Shown: positions 17,650-26,278 of the stretch, in pieces | Layout: every line of letters starts with the position of its first letter | How positions within the stretch are numbered: position 1 is the first letter of the stretch | NCBI GenBank assembly: GCA_028282645.1 | Contig: JANQHM010000169.1 | Location: 1 to 49,249, forward strand | Origin: Candidatus Gastranaerophilales bacterium | GTDB lineage: Bacteria > Cyanobacteriota > Vampirovibrionia > Gastranaerophilales > JANQFW01 | Reading direction: 5' to 3' | Length of the DNA: 49,249 nucleotides | Notes under the pieces: model-generated | What the model saw: only the letters and a program-made list of their open reading frames with translations | Database searches by the model: none | What the model was told of the DNA's origin: nothing | Position numbers and translations under genes: made by a program

Positions 17650-18147
17650 TTACACATGTTTCTTCATCAGCTCATCAAGAACTATAGACATGGCTTCAGA
17701 TGTCATTTTAGGATACACTTTATCATTAATCATCACAACAGGAGCTAATCCACACGCACCTAAACAACTAACTGTTTCCACACTAAATCTTAAGCAATCC
17801 GTTGTAATTTTTTCGCCTGTCAATCCGAGCTTCTTTTTAATTGCATTAAACACAGGCATACTGCCTCTAACGTGACAAGCAGTACCATCGCAAACTTTAA
17901 TTTCAAACTTACCTTTCGGGTTCAAACTAAATTGACTGTAAAAAGTAGCCACACCAAAAACACTGGCAGGTGAAAGTCCCATTTTTACAGAAACATAAGT
18001 AAGAGCTTCTTCCGGCAAGTATCGATAAACTTCCTGAATTTGTTGTAATATTGCAATTAAGTTGGATTTTTTATAATCATATTTTTTCAAAATACCATTA
18101 AGTTTACTTTGTTTTTCACTGGTTAAGCCTTGCTTTGTTGCTACCAT
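17650..18147 (-). CDS. hydC: NuoE-like [2Fe-2S] subunit of the trimeric hydrogenase (HydC)
   Basis: VCDGTACHVRG...SCLGACGLAP four-Cys NuoE/HoxE signature. AAAGGAGA RBS. Confidence 0.9.
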   Translation of the reverse strand: MVATKQGLTSEKQSKLNGILKKYDYKKSNLIAILQQIQEVYRYLPEEALTYVSVKMGLSPASVFGVATFYSQFSLNPKGKFEIKVCDGTACHVRGSMPVFNAIKKKLGLTGEKITTDCLRFSVETVSCLGACGLAPVVMINDKVYPKMTSEAMSIVLDELMKKHV

Positions 18148-18211
18148 AATTTCTCCTTTATCTAAAAAGTCTATTTATAATTTATGGACGATTAAAATGT
18201 TTAGTGGTTTC

Positions 18212-18229
18212 TTGTTATTAAAACTTCAA
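18212..18229 (-). promoter_or_regulatory. Candidate Rex operator (weak)
   Basis: Minus strand TTGAAGTTTTAATAACAA vs the clostridial-type Rex consensus TTGTTAA-N4-TTAACAA (about 9-10 of 14 specified positions). Lies 65-80 nt upstream of the hydC ATG. Confidence 0.25.
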
Positions 18230-18277
18230 AAAAAATTAATTCCAGCTATAGTTCCACGTTTCTTTGCATAAAATATT

Positions 18278-18295
18278 TTGTTAATAAATTTAAAA
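18278..18295 (-). promoter_or_regulatory. Candidate Rex operator
   Basis: Minus strand TTTTAAATTTATTAACAA vs TTGTTAA-N4-TTAACAA (12 of 14 specified positions; right half-site perfect). Lies about 130 nt upstream of hydC. Confidence 0.35.
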
Positions 18296-18321
18296 TGCGA
18301 ACCCTGTAGGCCAAGGTTCGC
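18283..18321 (-). terminator. Hairpin (GCGAACC/GGTTCGC) plus U-rich tail downstream of the candidate sORF
   Basis: 7-bp GC-rich stem at 18297-18303 / 18315-18321 with an 11-nt loop. The minus strand continues AUUUUAAAUUUAUU. Confidence 0.4.
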
Positions 18322-18325
18322 TAAG

Positions 18326-18490
18326 TTATAGGTTAGTTTTGCTTAAATTTATCTTGAAAGTAGCTAAAATCTTAATCATAATGACGAATAATTTAACTAT
18401 ACAGGATCGCAAGTTAAGGAAATAATTAATAATTGCCTTGTTAATTCCCTCTCCTGCTCCTGTTTCTTTCATTAGTACTCTTGCAGTCAT
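18326..18490 (-). CDS. Candidate small ORF (54 aa), below the ORF-track cutoff
   Basis: My own translation: MTARVLMKETGAGEGINKAIINYFLNLRSCIVKLFVIMIKILATFKINLSKTNL. AAGGA lies 8 nt upstream of the ATG. The stop is followed directly by the hairpin at 18297-18321. Confidence 0.25.
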   Translation of the reverse strand: MTARVLMKETGAGEGINKAIINYFLNLRSCIVKLFVIMIKILATFKINLSKTNL

Positions 18491-18520
18491 TTTACATTCC
18501 TTTTATGATTTAGAGCTAAA

Positions 18521-18538
18521 CGTGATTTTTTTCACTAT
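18521..18538 (-). promoter_or_regulatory. Palindromic GTGA-N6-TCAC site (Rex-like core) upstream of the candidate sORF
   Basis: ACGTGATTTTTTTCACTA matches TTGTGAA-N4-TTCACAA at 10 of 14 specified positions. Lies 31-48 nt upstream of the sORF ATG. Confidence 0.2.
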
Positions 18539-18617
18539 TTATTGTACAACAAAAGTATAACACTTAAAACTTTTATTTCAACAGTGTATTTTTGTAACTA
18601 ATTTTTAAGCTTTTTTT

Positions 18618-19097
18618 TTAAAAATAGTCCTGACTATTTGAGTTCTCGGCCTTTATCTTAAATTTTTTCTTTTTTTGTTTACTCGCAAAATTATTTGATA
18701 ATTTAAGTGCAAAATACACTATAATTGCTTGTATTGCTATAACTGAGAGTGTAATCACAGCATAACGGACAGAGAATTGTAGACCGCCCTGAGCGGCAGC
18801 AGGTTTTATAAAGTGAATTAAAACAAAGAGACAAATTTTAGGCATAAAAGTCAAAAATAAATAATACAGCATTGTCTTTTCAAGAATAGATTTTGGCATA
18901 GCCTTATTTTGTACTGCAGTATAATGTATACCGATAAATACAGCTAAAATAAATTCATATAATACATATTCTATCTGTATAGGCAGAAAAAAGATTTTCC
19001 ATCTCATCAGTGAATAAAATAAAACAGCTGTTATTATATTAAGAAAAAAAGCACCCGGTCCCAATATTAATGCAATTAAAAACGGATAATTGGTCAT
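18618..19097 (-). CDS. Hypothetical polytopic membrane protein
   Basis: Four or five hydrophobic segments and a basic C-terminal tail. ATG at 19097 with an AGGTGA RBS is preferred over TTG at 19124. Confidence 0.55.
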   Translation of the reverse strand: MTNYPFLIALILGPGAFFLNIITAVLFYSLMRWKIFFLPIQIEYVLYEFILAVFIGIHYTAVQNKAMPKSILEKTMLYYLFLTFMPKICLFVLIHFIKPAAAQGGLQFSVRYAVITLSVIAIQAIIVYFALKLSNNFASKQKKKKFKIKAENSNSQDYF

Positions 19098-19234
19098 TAA
19101 ATTCACCTTTTTGTAAAATAGCAATTAAGTATATTTTATAAAAAAGCATTTGAAATTTATTCATTCTTTTATTTGAATTTATTAAAAATATACTTTTAGT
19201 TAGCTCAAGATATTGAGTAGCAATATAATAATTA

Positions 19235-19951
19235 TTAATTTAACAAAGCTAGCGATGCATAGAAATTATTAAGCAAATGAGCAAACATGCCAGGCATCAC
19301 AGACTTTGAATAATATCTTGTTAAACCAAGAATAAGCCCAATAGTTAAAATAGCGGCCATTGCCGTAGAAAATCCGATATACTGGGTATGCGATATAGCA
19401 AAAACCATAGCAGTCAAAAATATACCGGCAATAGGCCCAAATGTTTTAATAAACGCAGGTTGCATAAAACCCCTGAAAAATATTTCCTCAACAATAGGAG
19501 CAACAAATATAGCTAATACAGAAATTACACGCATTTTTTCCGGAGAAAAATCTTCATAAGGATTTTCCTTCACACCACCTGCAGAGGTAGAAAATATTAA
19601 AGAAACTAAAGAGGTAGATATGACAATTATTAAAGAAATAAAAACCCCATTATAAAAAGATTTAGGAATAGCAGCCAGGTTTATCCCAAAGGTTTCAAAA
19701 AAAGGCAAATGATATTTTTGCTTAACAACAAGATAAATCAACGCAAGCGTAGCAATAGAAATCAAAAGCTGCATAAATACAACAAAGTATACAGACTCAG
19801 CAGTTAATCCGCTGTAATAAAAAATACCGGCGGTAAAAATAGATAACGCAATGACAAACATATAAACAAAAGCAACATCATAAAGATGCCAGGGGATATT
19901 CAGGTTATATCTAAAAGCATTGTTTTGCTCTTTAAGAATTTTCTGCGACAT
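19235..19951 (-). CDS. CPBP-family intramembrane glutamic endopeptidase (CAAX protease/Abi-like)
   Basis: EEIFFRGF motif 1, FAISH motif 2, FAHLLNN motif 3, in a polytopic membrane protein. ATG at 19951 preferred. Confidence 0.8.
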   Translation of the reverse strand: MSQKILKEQNNAFRYNLNIPWHLYDVAFVYMFVIALSIFTAGIFYYSGLTAESVYFVVFMQLLISIATLALIYLVVKQKYHLPFFETFGINLAAIPKSFYNGVFISLIIVISTSLVSLIFSTSAGGVKENPYEDFSPEKMRVISVLAIFVAPIVEEIFFRGFMQPAFIKTFGPIAGIFLTAMVFAISHTQYIGFSTAMAAILTIGLILGLTRYYSKSVMPGMFAHLLNNFYASLALLN

Positions 19952-20065
19952 AAAAACCCCCAAGAAATTTTAAAATAATTAACAAATTTAGAGAATTAAC
20001 AAATTTAGGTTAATATATTATTGTATTATTTATAAGGTAAATAAGTATTAAAGTTTTGAGAAAAG

Positions 20066-21061
20066 ATGAGAAAAAAGAACTATTTTTTTTATATAGAATT
20101 TCTGCTCTGGTTTATGTTAGTTGGCAGCATTACATTATTTTTAATTAACTACTCAGATAAAATTACAATCCTAAATCAAGAACATGAAGTAACATTTAAA
20201 GACGTTGACAGTCTTGCTGTAGGCTCTCCGGTAAGGCTAATGGGCATAAAAGTCGGGCATGTAAAAAAACTAATAATCGATAAAGATAATATAAAAGTCA
20301 GATTCATAATAACAAAGCGTAATGTGAAAATACCCAAAGGTGCTAATGTCAGTATAGAATTTACGGGCCTTGCCGGCTCGAAATCTTTGGAAATTTTGCC
20401 ACCGAACACATCCGGTAAAGCAAAGAATCAATATGTAGTGCACGAACCAATAAGAGTAAATTCATTGACAAAGATTCAGCTTGAGATTATGGAATCTATA
20501 CTGGGCTTTTCCAAAAGTATAAAAGATAGCTTCGGTGATAAATCTCACGCCCAGATTATTAAAGAAATCAGCAATATAAATACTGTAGCAAAAAATATAC
20601 AAGTAAGTTTCAGCAACCTAAGAGTTAAGACAGAAAGCATTAATAACAACTTAACTATAAAATTTACAAATATAAACAATTTTTTAGATAGTAAAAATGC
20701 TAATTTAGAAGGTATAAATACTTTTTTAGAAAAAAATATCTTTCAAATAAAGTCACATGATATTATTCAAATGATAATTCAAGGTGATAAAGCTTTAAAT
20801 AAAAAATTAGAAAAAATTGATTATCCAAAATTTAATAATAAGTTAAAAAATTTTAACAAACAAACCTCAAACCTTAAAACTGTAATAAAAAAGCAATGCC
20901 ATGAGCAAAATTTCTTTCGCCAAATAATTCAAAAGCTAAAAGATGTTTCAAAGTCACTATCAAATCTAAAAAACTTTATTAAAAAGCAAGATTTAAGCAA
21001 AACACAAGCCGACACTAAAAAGTTAAAGCAGATTTCAGAACAACTCTCCAAATTTGATTAA
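20066..21061 (+). CDS. MlaD/MCE-domain protein with a long Asn/Lys-rich coiled-coil tail
   Basis: N-terminal TM helix then an MCE fold pattern (F.DV..L.VGSPVR..G..VG.V..L........V.F.I.....IP.GA...I...GL.G...LEI.P). Confidence 0.7.
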   Translation: MRKKNYFFYIEFLLWFMLVGSITLFLINYSDKITILNQEHEVTFKDVDSLAVGSPVRLMGIKVGHVKKLIIDKDNIKVRFIITKRNVKIPKGANVSIEFTGLAGSKSLEILPPNTSGKAKNQYVVHEPIRVNSLTKIQLEIMESILGFSKSIKDSFGDKSHAQIIKEISNINTVAKNIQVSFSNLRVKTESINNNLTIKFTNINNFLDSKNANLEGINTFLEKNIFQIKSHDIIQMIIQGDKALNKKLEKIDYPKFNNKLKNFNKQTSNLKTVIKKQCHEQNFFRQIIQKLKDVSKSLSNLKNFIKKQDLSKTQADTKKLKQISEQLSKFD

Positions 21062-21067
21062 TTATTG

Positions 21068-21143
21068 GGTAGTGGTCAGTTGAGTACTGATGCTTACAAG
21101 TAAACTCAAGTTATATCAAAAGCTTACAGTGATGGCCATCATC
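21068..21143 (+). mobile_element. MITE family A, short form (76 nt)
   Basis: GGTAGTGGTCAG...CTTACAGTGATGGCCATCATC. Exact 8-bp TSD AATTATTG at 21060-21067 and 21144-21151. The left TSD overlaps the stop codon of the MlaD-like gene. Confidence 0.88.
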
Positions 21144-21160
21144 AATTATTGGTTTTATCT

Positions 21161-21835
21161 TTAATTGAATAATTCTTTTACGTTTTTACTTGGGTCATCT
21201 GTAAAAGATTCAAACATATCTTTTGATTTAGCAGAATGCAACGTTGATGTAAACATAGTAACAGGTATTTGATCCTGCCTGATAGGTGTAGTTGGCAATA
21301 CTGGCGAATGTATAAATTTTTCTTTATTTTTGCATTTTTTACTACACCTGTCAGCACATCCGGCCAACAGGTTCCTTACAATAGGAGCAACGATATTTAG
21401 CGCAACAATTTGACCTAATATAGTTGCAGCAACTCCGGTTGCTTTTATATGGGTGGCGATTTTACTATCAACGTCCGTCATTTTTGCTCCGCTTTGACCA
21501 AGCTTTTTTATATATTCCTTAACTTGGCCAGCCTTAACACCATTGGGCAGAAATCTGCCTGCTTTTGCCCAATTTTCTCCCCATTGGCCAAACTTCAATG
21601 AAAATGCAAGCAATGCAGCAAGATTAAGCCCCATAGTTCCCATTTCCTGGTAAAAAATATATTTTTTATGGTCTTTTGACAGTTTTTTGTTATTTAATAC
21701 ACTAAGTCCCTGCCCTAATCCGCTTACTGTAAAAGTTAGCGCAGATGTATAAGTTAAAAAACCTTTGTTATTTTTTATAACATACCTAGGTACAGCCGTC
21801 TTGAAAAATTGTCCTGCCTTCATCATATCTGCCAC
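21161..21835 (-). CDS. Hypothetical protein, paralog of 21842..22477
   Basis: Shared motif G[QE]W.G.N...K.G.F...P.G (KFGQWGENWAKAGRFLPNG vs AGEWLGKNGIEKGLFKIPKG) and a shared C-terminal hydrophobic helix. The start (GTG 21835 or ATG 21826/21823) is uncertain. Confidence 0.55.
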   Translation of the reverse strand: MADMMKAGQFFKTAVPRYVIKNNKGFLTYTSALTFTVSGLGQGLSVLNNKKLSKDHKKYIFYQEMGTMGLNLAALLAFSLKFGQWGENWAKAGRFLPNGVKAGQVKEYIKKLGQSGAKMTDVDSKIATHIKATGVAATILGQIVALNIVAPIVRNLLAGCADRCSKKCKNKEKFIHSPVLPTTPIRQDQIPVTMFTSTLHSAKSKDMFESFTDDPSKNVKELFN

Positions 21836-21841
21836 CCTTTG

Positions 21842-22477
21842 CTATTTTTTTTCGTACTGTTGCTTATTATCAATGTCTTTAGCTTTCTTATTTTTGTTTA
21901 GCCAAGGACATTTATCCAGCATCCAATTAGTTATGGGGTCAATAAACAACATATCCGCCACAAATACCGAAACAACGGCCATTGCAACACCTGCTACAGC
22001 TCCTATAGCTGTTGGGTATTTTTTCTTTGTTAAGGTATCCAGTATCTCTTTTGGGTTTTTACCTGCAATTCGCTCCAGCTTCATTCCCAAAGATATAAGT
22101 TCATTTTTTTGAGCTGCAGTGGTCTTGTAGGTGGCTTTTATAACTTCTTCAAATCCTTTAGGGATTTTAAATAAACCTTTTTCAATGCCATTCTTGCCGA
22201 GCCATTCACCAGCGATCCTTGCTAGGACTCCGCTTCCGGTAGTTACTATCATTTTTGCAAAGGTTCTGGTGGCACAATTTTTACGAGTTTCATCGTCCGC
22301 AAATGGATTTGTCCATTTAGCATAATCTAAAGCTGTTTGGGTAACTAAAGCAGTTGCACCAATATACAGCCGCTGCATAGACGGTTTTGTATTTGCTAAA
22401 TTAGCAGCTTTATTAGTAAAACATTTTGAAGCATTAAATCCAAATGCTACTTTCCTGGACCTGGGGATGGTGACCAA
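21842..22477 (-). CDS. Hypothetical protein, paralog of 21161..21835 (and distantly of 1736..2440)
   Basis: TTG start supported by an AAGGAAG RBS 6 nt upstream. See the paralog motifs above. Confidence 0.55.
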   Translation of the reverse strand: MVTIPRSRKVAFGFNASKCFTNKAANLANTKPSMQRLYIGATALVTQTALDYAKWTNPFADDETRKNCATRTFAKMIVTTGSGVLARIAGEWLGKNGIEKGLFKIPKGFEEVIKATYKTTAAQKNELISLGMKLERIAGKNPKEILDTLTKKKYPTAIGAVAGVAMAVVSVFVADMLFIDPITNWMLDKCPWLNKNKKAKDIDNKQQYEKK

Positions 22478-22495
22478 AATATTCTTCCTTTTTTT

Positions 22496-22572
22496 TATAC
22501 TGCTTCAAAAATAAACTATTATAAGACTACTCTTTCTTGAATAATCTGAAAAGTATTTTTGAAGATATTATA
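22496..22572 (-). repeat. Repeat family B copy B11 (internally deleted)
   Basis: TATACTGCTTCAAAAATAAAC...CTTGAATAATCTGAAAAGTATTTTTGAAGATATTATA. Confidence 0.65.
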
Positions 22573-22667
22573 ACTTCCCAAATTTTCAACATATAACATA
22601 TAAATTAAAACAAACAAGATACAAAGTTTACTATTTTATCTATAAAATTTACAAAATTTAAAATACT

Positions 22668-25106
22668 CTACACGCTGGCCAACTCTGCCATAGCAGAAAA
22701 CTTATAAGCAGATGTACTAATAATGCTACATCCCTGCTCTTCGTCATACTCAACTTTGATAACATTATCAATGCTCTCTTTGATATCTTCTATGTGAGTA
22801 ATTAATATAACCTGCTCAAAGCTGTGAGAAAGCCTGTTTAAAAGATTTACAACATTGTTACGTCTATTCTCATCCAAAGATCCAAATACTTCATCAAGTA
22901 TAAGCAATGATAAAGATCGTCCGGTACGCTGTGCAATCATCTTGGATATAGCAAGCCTCAAGCATAAATTAGCAACATCCTCTTCCCCACCGGATATCAC
23001 TGGCTTAATTTCACCCTCGTCATACAAGTTGATTTCATACTTGTCATTTAGCTCCAATTGTGAATACCGATCATCCGTAAGTTCTTTTAAAAAATCACTG
23101 GCTATATACGATAACTCAGGACGCGCAAGGTTATTAAGCTTTTCCAAAAACTTCCCGTAGAATCTGTCCAACTCAATTAAATAATTGTGTTCAACTTCTT
23201 TATTTTTAATAGCTTCCAGCTTTTTTTTGTATTCTTGTTCGTGCTTTAAGCAATTTTCCAAATTATTTTGTGCGTTTTTAACTTCAGCTTCAGATTTTAC
23301 AATACTATTTTGGGCATTATAAAATCCATCTTTAACTTTCAAAAACTTTTCCTCTGCCTGCTTAAAGCTCTCCGGCGAAAACTCAAGCTTTTTAATTTTT
23401 TCTTCGTTTTCATCATAAACCTTTTGAGCATCATCAAGTGATTTTTTATGTTCGCTTAAGTCTTTCTTAACTGCTTCAAGTTTTGCAACCGTCTCCTTAA
23501 GGGAAATTAACTCTTCATATTTTTCTCTCAAAGGCTTAATTTCAACCCTTAGCTTTTCCATTAATTCCTTGTCATAACCGGACGGTAGTTCACTTAAAGT
23601 TTTCTTAATTTTTTCCACTTCAGATTTATTTATGTCCAGCTCTTTTTTAACCTTTTTATAACGATCCTGTTCCGCCTTATATTCTCCTTGGACCTTGATA
23701 AAATCGCTATACTCCTTTTCTTTAAGTTGTTTTTGCTTATTTAATTCTTCACTGACTGTAGGAATAATTTTTAATTCATTTAATTCATTTGTAAGTGCTT
23801 TTATATCATTATCAATAGCAATTTTATTAATTTCAAAATCAGAAATAACTTTTTTAAACTCATTTTTTAAAGGTCTTTCACAAGTAGGACAGGCTCCACT
23901 TTCGCCCTTATCCTCTATTAATTTTTGCTGTTTATTAATTTTTTGAAATTCTTTTTGCTTTTGGCTTATTAATACTTCTTTTTCTCGCATAGCAGCTTGC
24001 TGCCTTGCAGCTAAATCCTGTATTTTTTTATTTAATAATTCAATATCTTTTTTAAGGTCAGAGATCTTATCAACCTGCTCTTTTTTAGACTTACCTGACT
24101 CAATAACAGCTTTAATTTCTTCATTTAGCTTGCCGGAGTCTTTTTCTAATCCTTCAAGCTTGGATATAAGTGTTTGTTTGGTAATTTCATGAGCCTGTAA
24201 TTTTTCCTGTTCTTTTAATTGCTTTTCTATATCTTTGTATTTAAACTCATACTCTTTAAGTTCAGTATATTTTTTATTTTTTTCTTCTAAATCTTTAAAC
24301 TCTAAATCTAATTTTTTCAAATTTTCAGAAACATACTTAAGTTTTTGCCCTGTAGCTTCCTGTTCTCTGGTCAGTTTATCAAACTCGTCTTTAACTTTTT
24401 TAGATTTTTCCCACTCAGGCTCAATTTCAGCCAATTGCTTAGATATATCAGTAAATTCTTTTTGTGTAGCCTCAAGCTGCTTTTTAGAATTATCCAAAGC
24501 CTCTTGATGCTTTTTTTTCTCTTCTTCAATTACATTAGCATCTTGCAAACCCAGCTTAAAGCCTTCAATTTCTCTCTTAAGGTTGTTTTTATCCTCTCTA
24601 ATTTTTTTTAAAGCGTCGCCTATCTTTTCATAATTCAAAACTTTACTGATAAAATTCCGTCTTTCCGTGGCAGACTTCACATTGCTTAAAAATGATAATT
24701 CTTTTTGCCCTGTAAAATATGTATTAAAAAACTCGTTCTTAGTCATCCCGATTTTTTCAACCAAGTACTTGGTCACCTCGGTTTGACTGTTAACAATAGG
24801 AGTATCAACTCTACCCAGATAGACTTCAGCCCTGTCAAGATATCTTTTAACCTTGTATATTTCCTTTTCCAATTGAAAAACAACTTCCACAAGCACTTTA
24901 GTACGAGCTTTAGCCTTATTCCATTTTATAGAATCCCTTGTACCACGAGCCGCATCATTGCCGTAAATAGCCCAACAAATAGCCTCAAGTACCGTACTTT
25001 TTCCGGAACCGTTTACACCGTTAATAATAGTAATTCCCTCAGAAAATTCAATATGCGAATTACAGTGCTGCCTAAAGTTTTCCATCTTAAGCGAAATTAA
25101 TCGCAT
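22668..25106 (-). CDS. sbcC: SbcC/Rad50-family ATPase with a zinc hook
   Basis: MRLISLKMENFRQH start. Walker A GVNGSGKST. Long coiled coils flanking a CPTC hook. Signature SGGEEDVANLCLRLA. Walker B LLILDEVF. ATG at 25106 overlaps the sbcD stop by 10 nt. Confidence 0.92.
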   Translation of the reverse strand: MRLISLKMENFRQHCNSHIEFSEGITIINGVNGSGKSTVLEAICWAIYGNDAARGTRDSIKWNKAKARTKVLVEVVFQLEKEIYKVKRYLDRAEVYLGRVDTPIVNSQTEVTKYLVEKIGMTKNEFFNTYFTGQKELSFLSNVKSATERRNFISKVLNYEKIGDALKKIREDKNNLKREIEGFKLGLQDANVIEEEKKKHQEALDNSKKQLEATQKEFTDISKQLAEIEPEWEKSKKVKDEFDKLTREQEATGQKLKYVSENLKKLDLEFKDLEEKNKKYTELKEYEFKYKDIEKQLKEQEKLQAHEITKQTLISKLEGLEKDSGKLNEEIKAVIESGKSKKEQVDKISDLKKDIELLNKKIQDLAARQQAAMREKEVLISQKQKEFQKINKQQKLIEDKGESGACPTCERPLKNEFKKVISDFEINKIAIDNDIKALTNELNELKIIPTVSEELNKQKQLKEKEYSDFIKVQGEYKAEQDRYKKVKKELDINKSEVEKIKKTLSELPSGYDKELMEKLRVEIKPLREKYEELISLKETVAKLEAVKKDLSEHKKSLDDAQKVYDENEEKIKKLEFSPESFKQAEEKFLKVKDGFYNAQNSIVKSEAEVKNAQNNLENCLKHEQEYKKKLEAIKNKEVEHNYLIELDRFYGKFLEKLNNLARPELSYIASDFLKELTDDRYSQLELNDKYEINLYDEGEIKPVISGGEEDVANLCLRLAISKMIAQRTGRSLSLLILDEVFGSLDENRRNNVVNLLNRLSHSFEQVILITHIEDIKESIDNVIKVEYDEEQGCSIISTSAYKFSAMAELASV

Positions 25107-26248
25107 TTTGCCATACTCCAATCTAGATACTGACGTGCTTTATCCTTAAATACATCTTTTTCCAATGTTTGAGACAGGTCAAAGTCTTTTATTTCTTCTT
25201 TTAAATACTCTTGAATACTTTTTTGCTTTGCTTCTTCTTCATTTCCATTTTCTTTATATTTTAAAGAATCCTTTTTAATAATATTTAGTCTAAAATGAAC
25301 AGCTTTTTTCTTTAATTCACGTATTTTTTTATAATCTAAACTTTTAATAATAATATCATCAACGTTTTTAAGGGTTAACCTGATTATAGACTTATCAAGT
25401 TTTGTAATTTTATCAACCTCATCGATAAATTTTTGGTTAATCTCCTCAACGCTCATGCCCTCAACGTCAATCCAAGGGATGTCAATAACTTTGCGGGTCT
25501 TTTTCAAAGTGTGAAACTTACATATTTTCTGCTCAAGGTCATATTCTATAAAACCTTTTTCCTGCTTGGCTTCCTGCCATATATTGGTTGAAGTCCGCTC
25601 AATCGCCCCTGAATAATAAATATTATCCGCAATGTCCACAAACTTGTGGTAATGCCCGAGCGCGACATAATTCCACTCATCCTTGGCAATATCGTTTTCT
25701 TCAATAATAGCGGATTCATTTTTGGTAATCTCGGCACACTTAGGACTGTTAAAAGATCCGTGCATCATTAAAATATTGTATTTATAATCCTTATCCGGCT
25801 TTATTGAGTACTCTTTAAATTTACTCAAACTGTTATAAGGAACACACATAACATTCAAGCTTAAATTATCAAGAGTAACGTTTTCAATATCAATATCAAC
25901 GACTTTTACTCGAGGAATAATGGCTTCCAGTATCTGTAAAACACTTCCTGATTCATACGATTTAACCCCTTCATGATTACCAGAAATAATAACAATAGGT
26001 ATATCGCATTGCTCTCTAAATTTTTGCAAAAGCACAACCGTATGATACATAGTGTTATTAGTAGGCCGTGGACGATGAAAAACGTCTCCTGCAATTAAAA
26101 CAGCAGCAGGATTAAGCTCAATAATCTTATCAAGAGCTTCTTTAAAAACTTTTAAAACATCTTTTTCCCTAATGTTAAAGCCATTTTTGTCAAGTCTGTT
26201 ATAAGCCCTGTATCCCAGATGTAAATCTCCAAGATGTACTATTTTCAT
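25097..26248 (-). CDS. sbcD: SbcD/Mre11-family nuclease
   Basis: Calcineurin-like phosphoesterase motifs HLGDLHLG, GDVFH, GNHE, MMHG, GHYH. Confidence 0.92.
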   Translation of the reverse strand: MKIVHLGDLHLGYRAYNRLDKNGFNIREKDVLKVFKEALDKIIELNPAAVLIAGDVFHRPRPTNNTMYHTVVLLQKFREQCDIPIVIISGNHEGVKSYESGSVLQILEAIIPRVKVVDIDIENVTLDNLSLNVMCVPYNSLSKFKEYSIKPDKDYKYNILMMHGSFNSPKCAEITKNESAIIEENDIAKDEWNYVALGHYHKFVDIADNIYYSGAIERTSTNIWQEAKQEKGFIEYDLEQKICKFHTLKKTRKVIDIPWIDVEGMSVEEINQKFIDEVDKITKLDKSIIRLTLKNVDDIIIKSLDYKKIRELKKKAVHFRLNIIKKDSLKYKENGNEEEAKQKSIQEYLKEEIKDFDLSQTLEKDVFKDKARQYLDWSMAKCD

Positions 26249-26278
26249 TGCTTTTTCCCAATTTTTCTAAAATATTGC

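Noticed and set aside
18297-18321. GGTTCG-containing hairpin as a tRNA fragment
   Set aside because: Only a single 7-bp stem is present. There are no D, anticodon or acceptor arms in the flanks.
25546-26094. Short same-strand ORFs (62-63 aa) inside sbcD, and many 60-130-aa ORFs antisense to sbcC, herA, the histidine kinase, hydA and hydB
   Set aside because: All are nested in genes with unambiguous family motifs and show low-complexity translations without RBSs.
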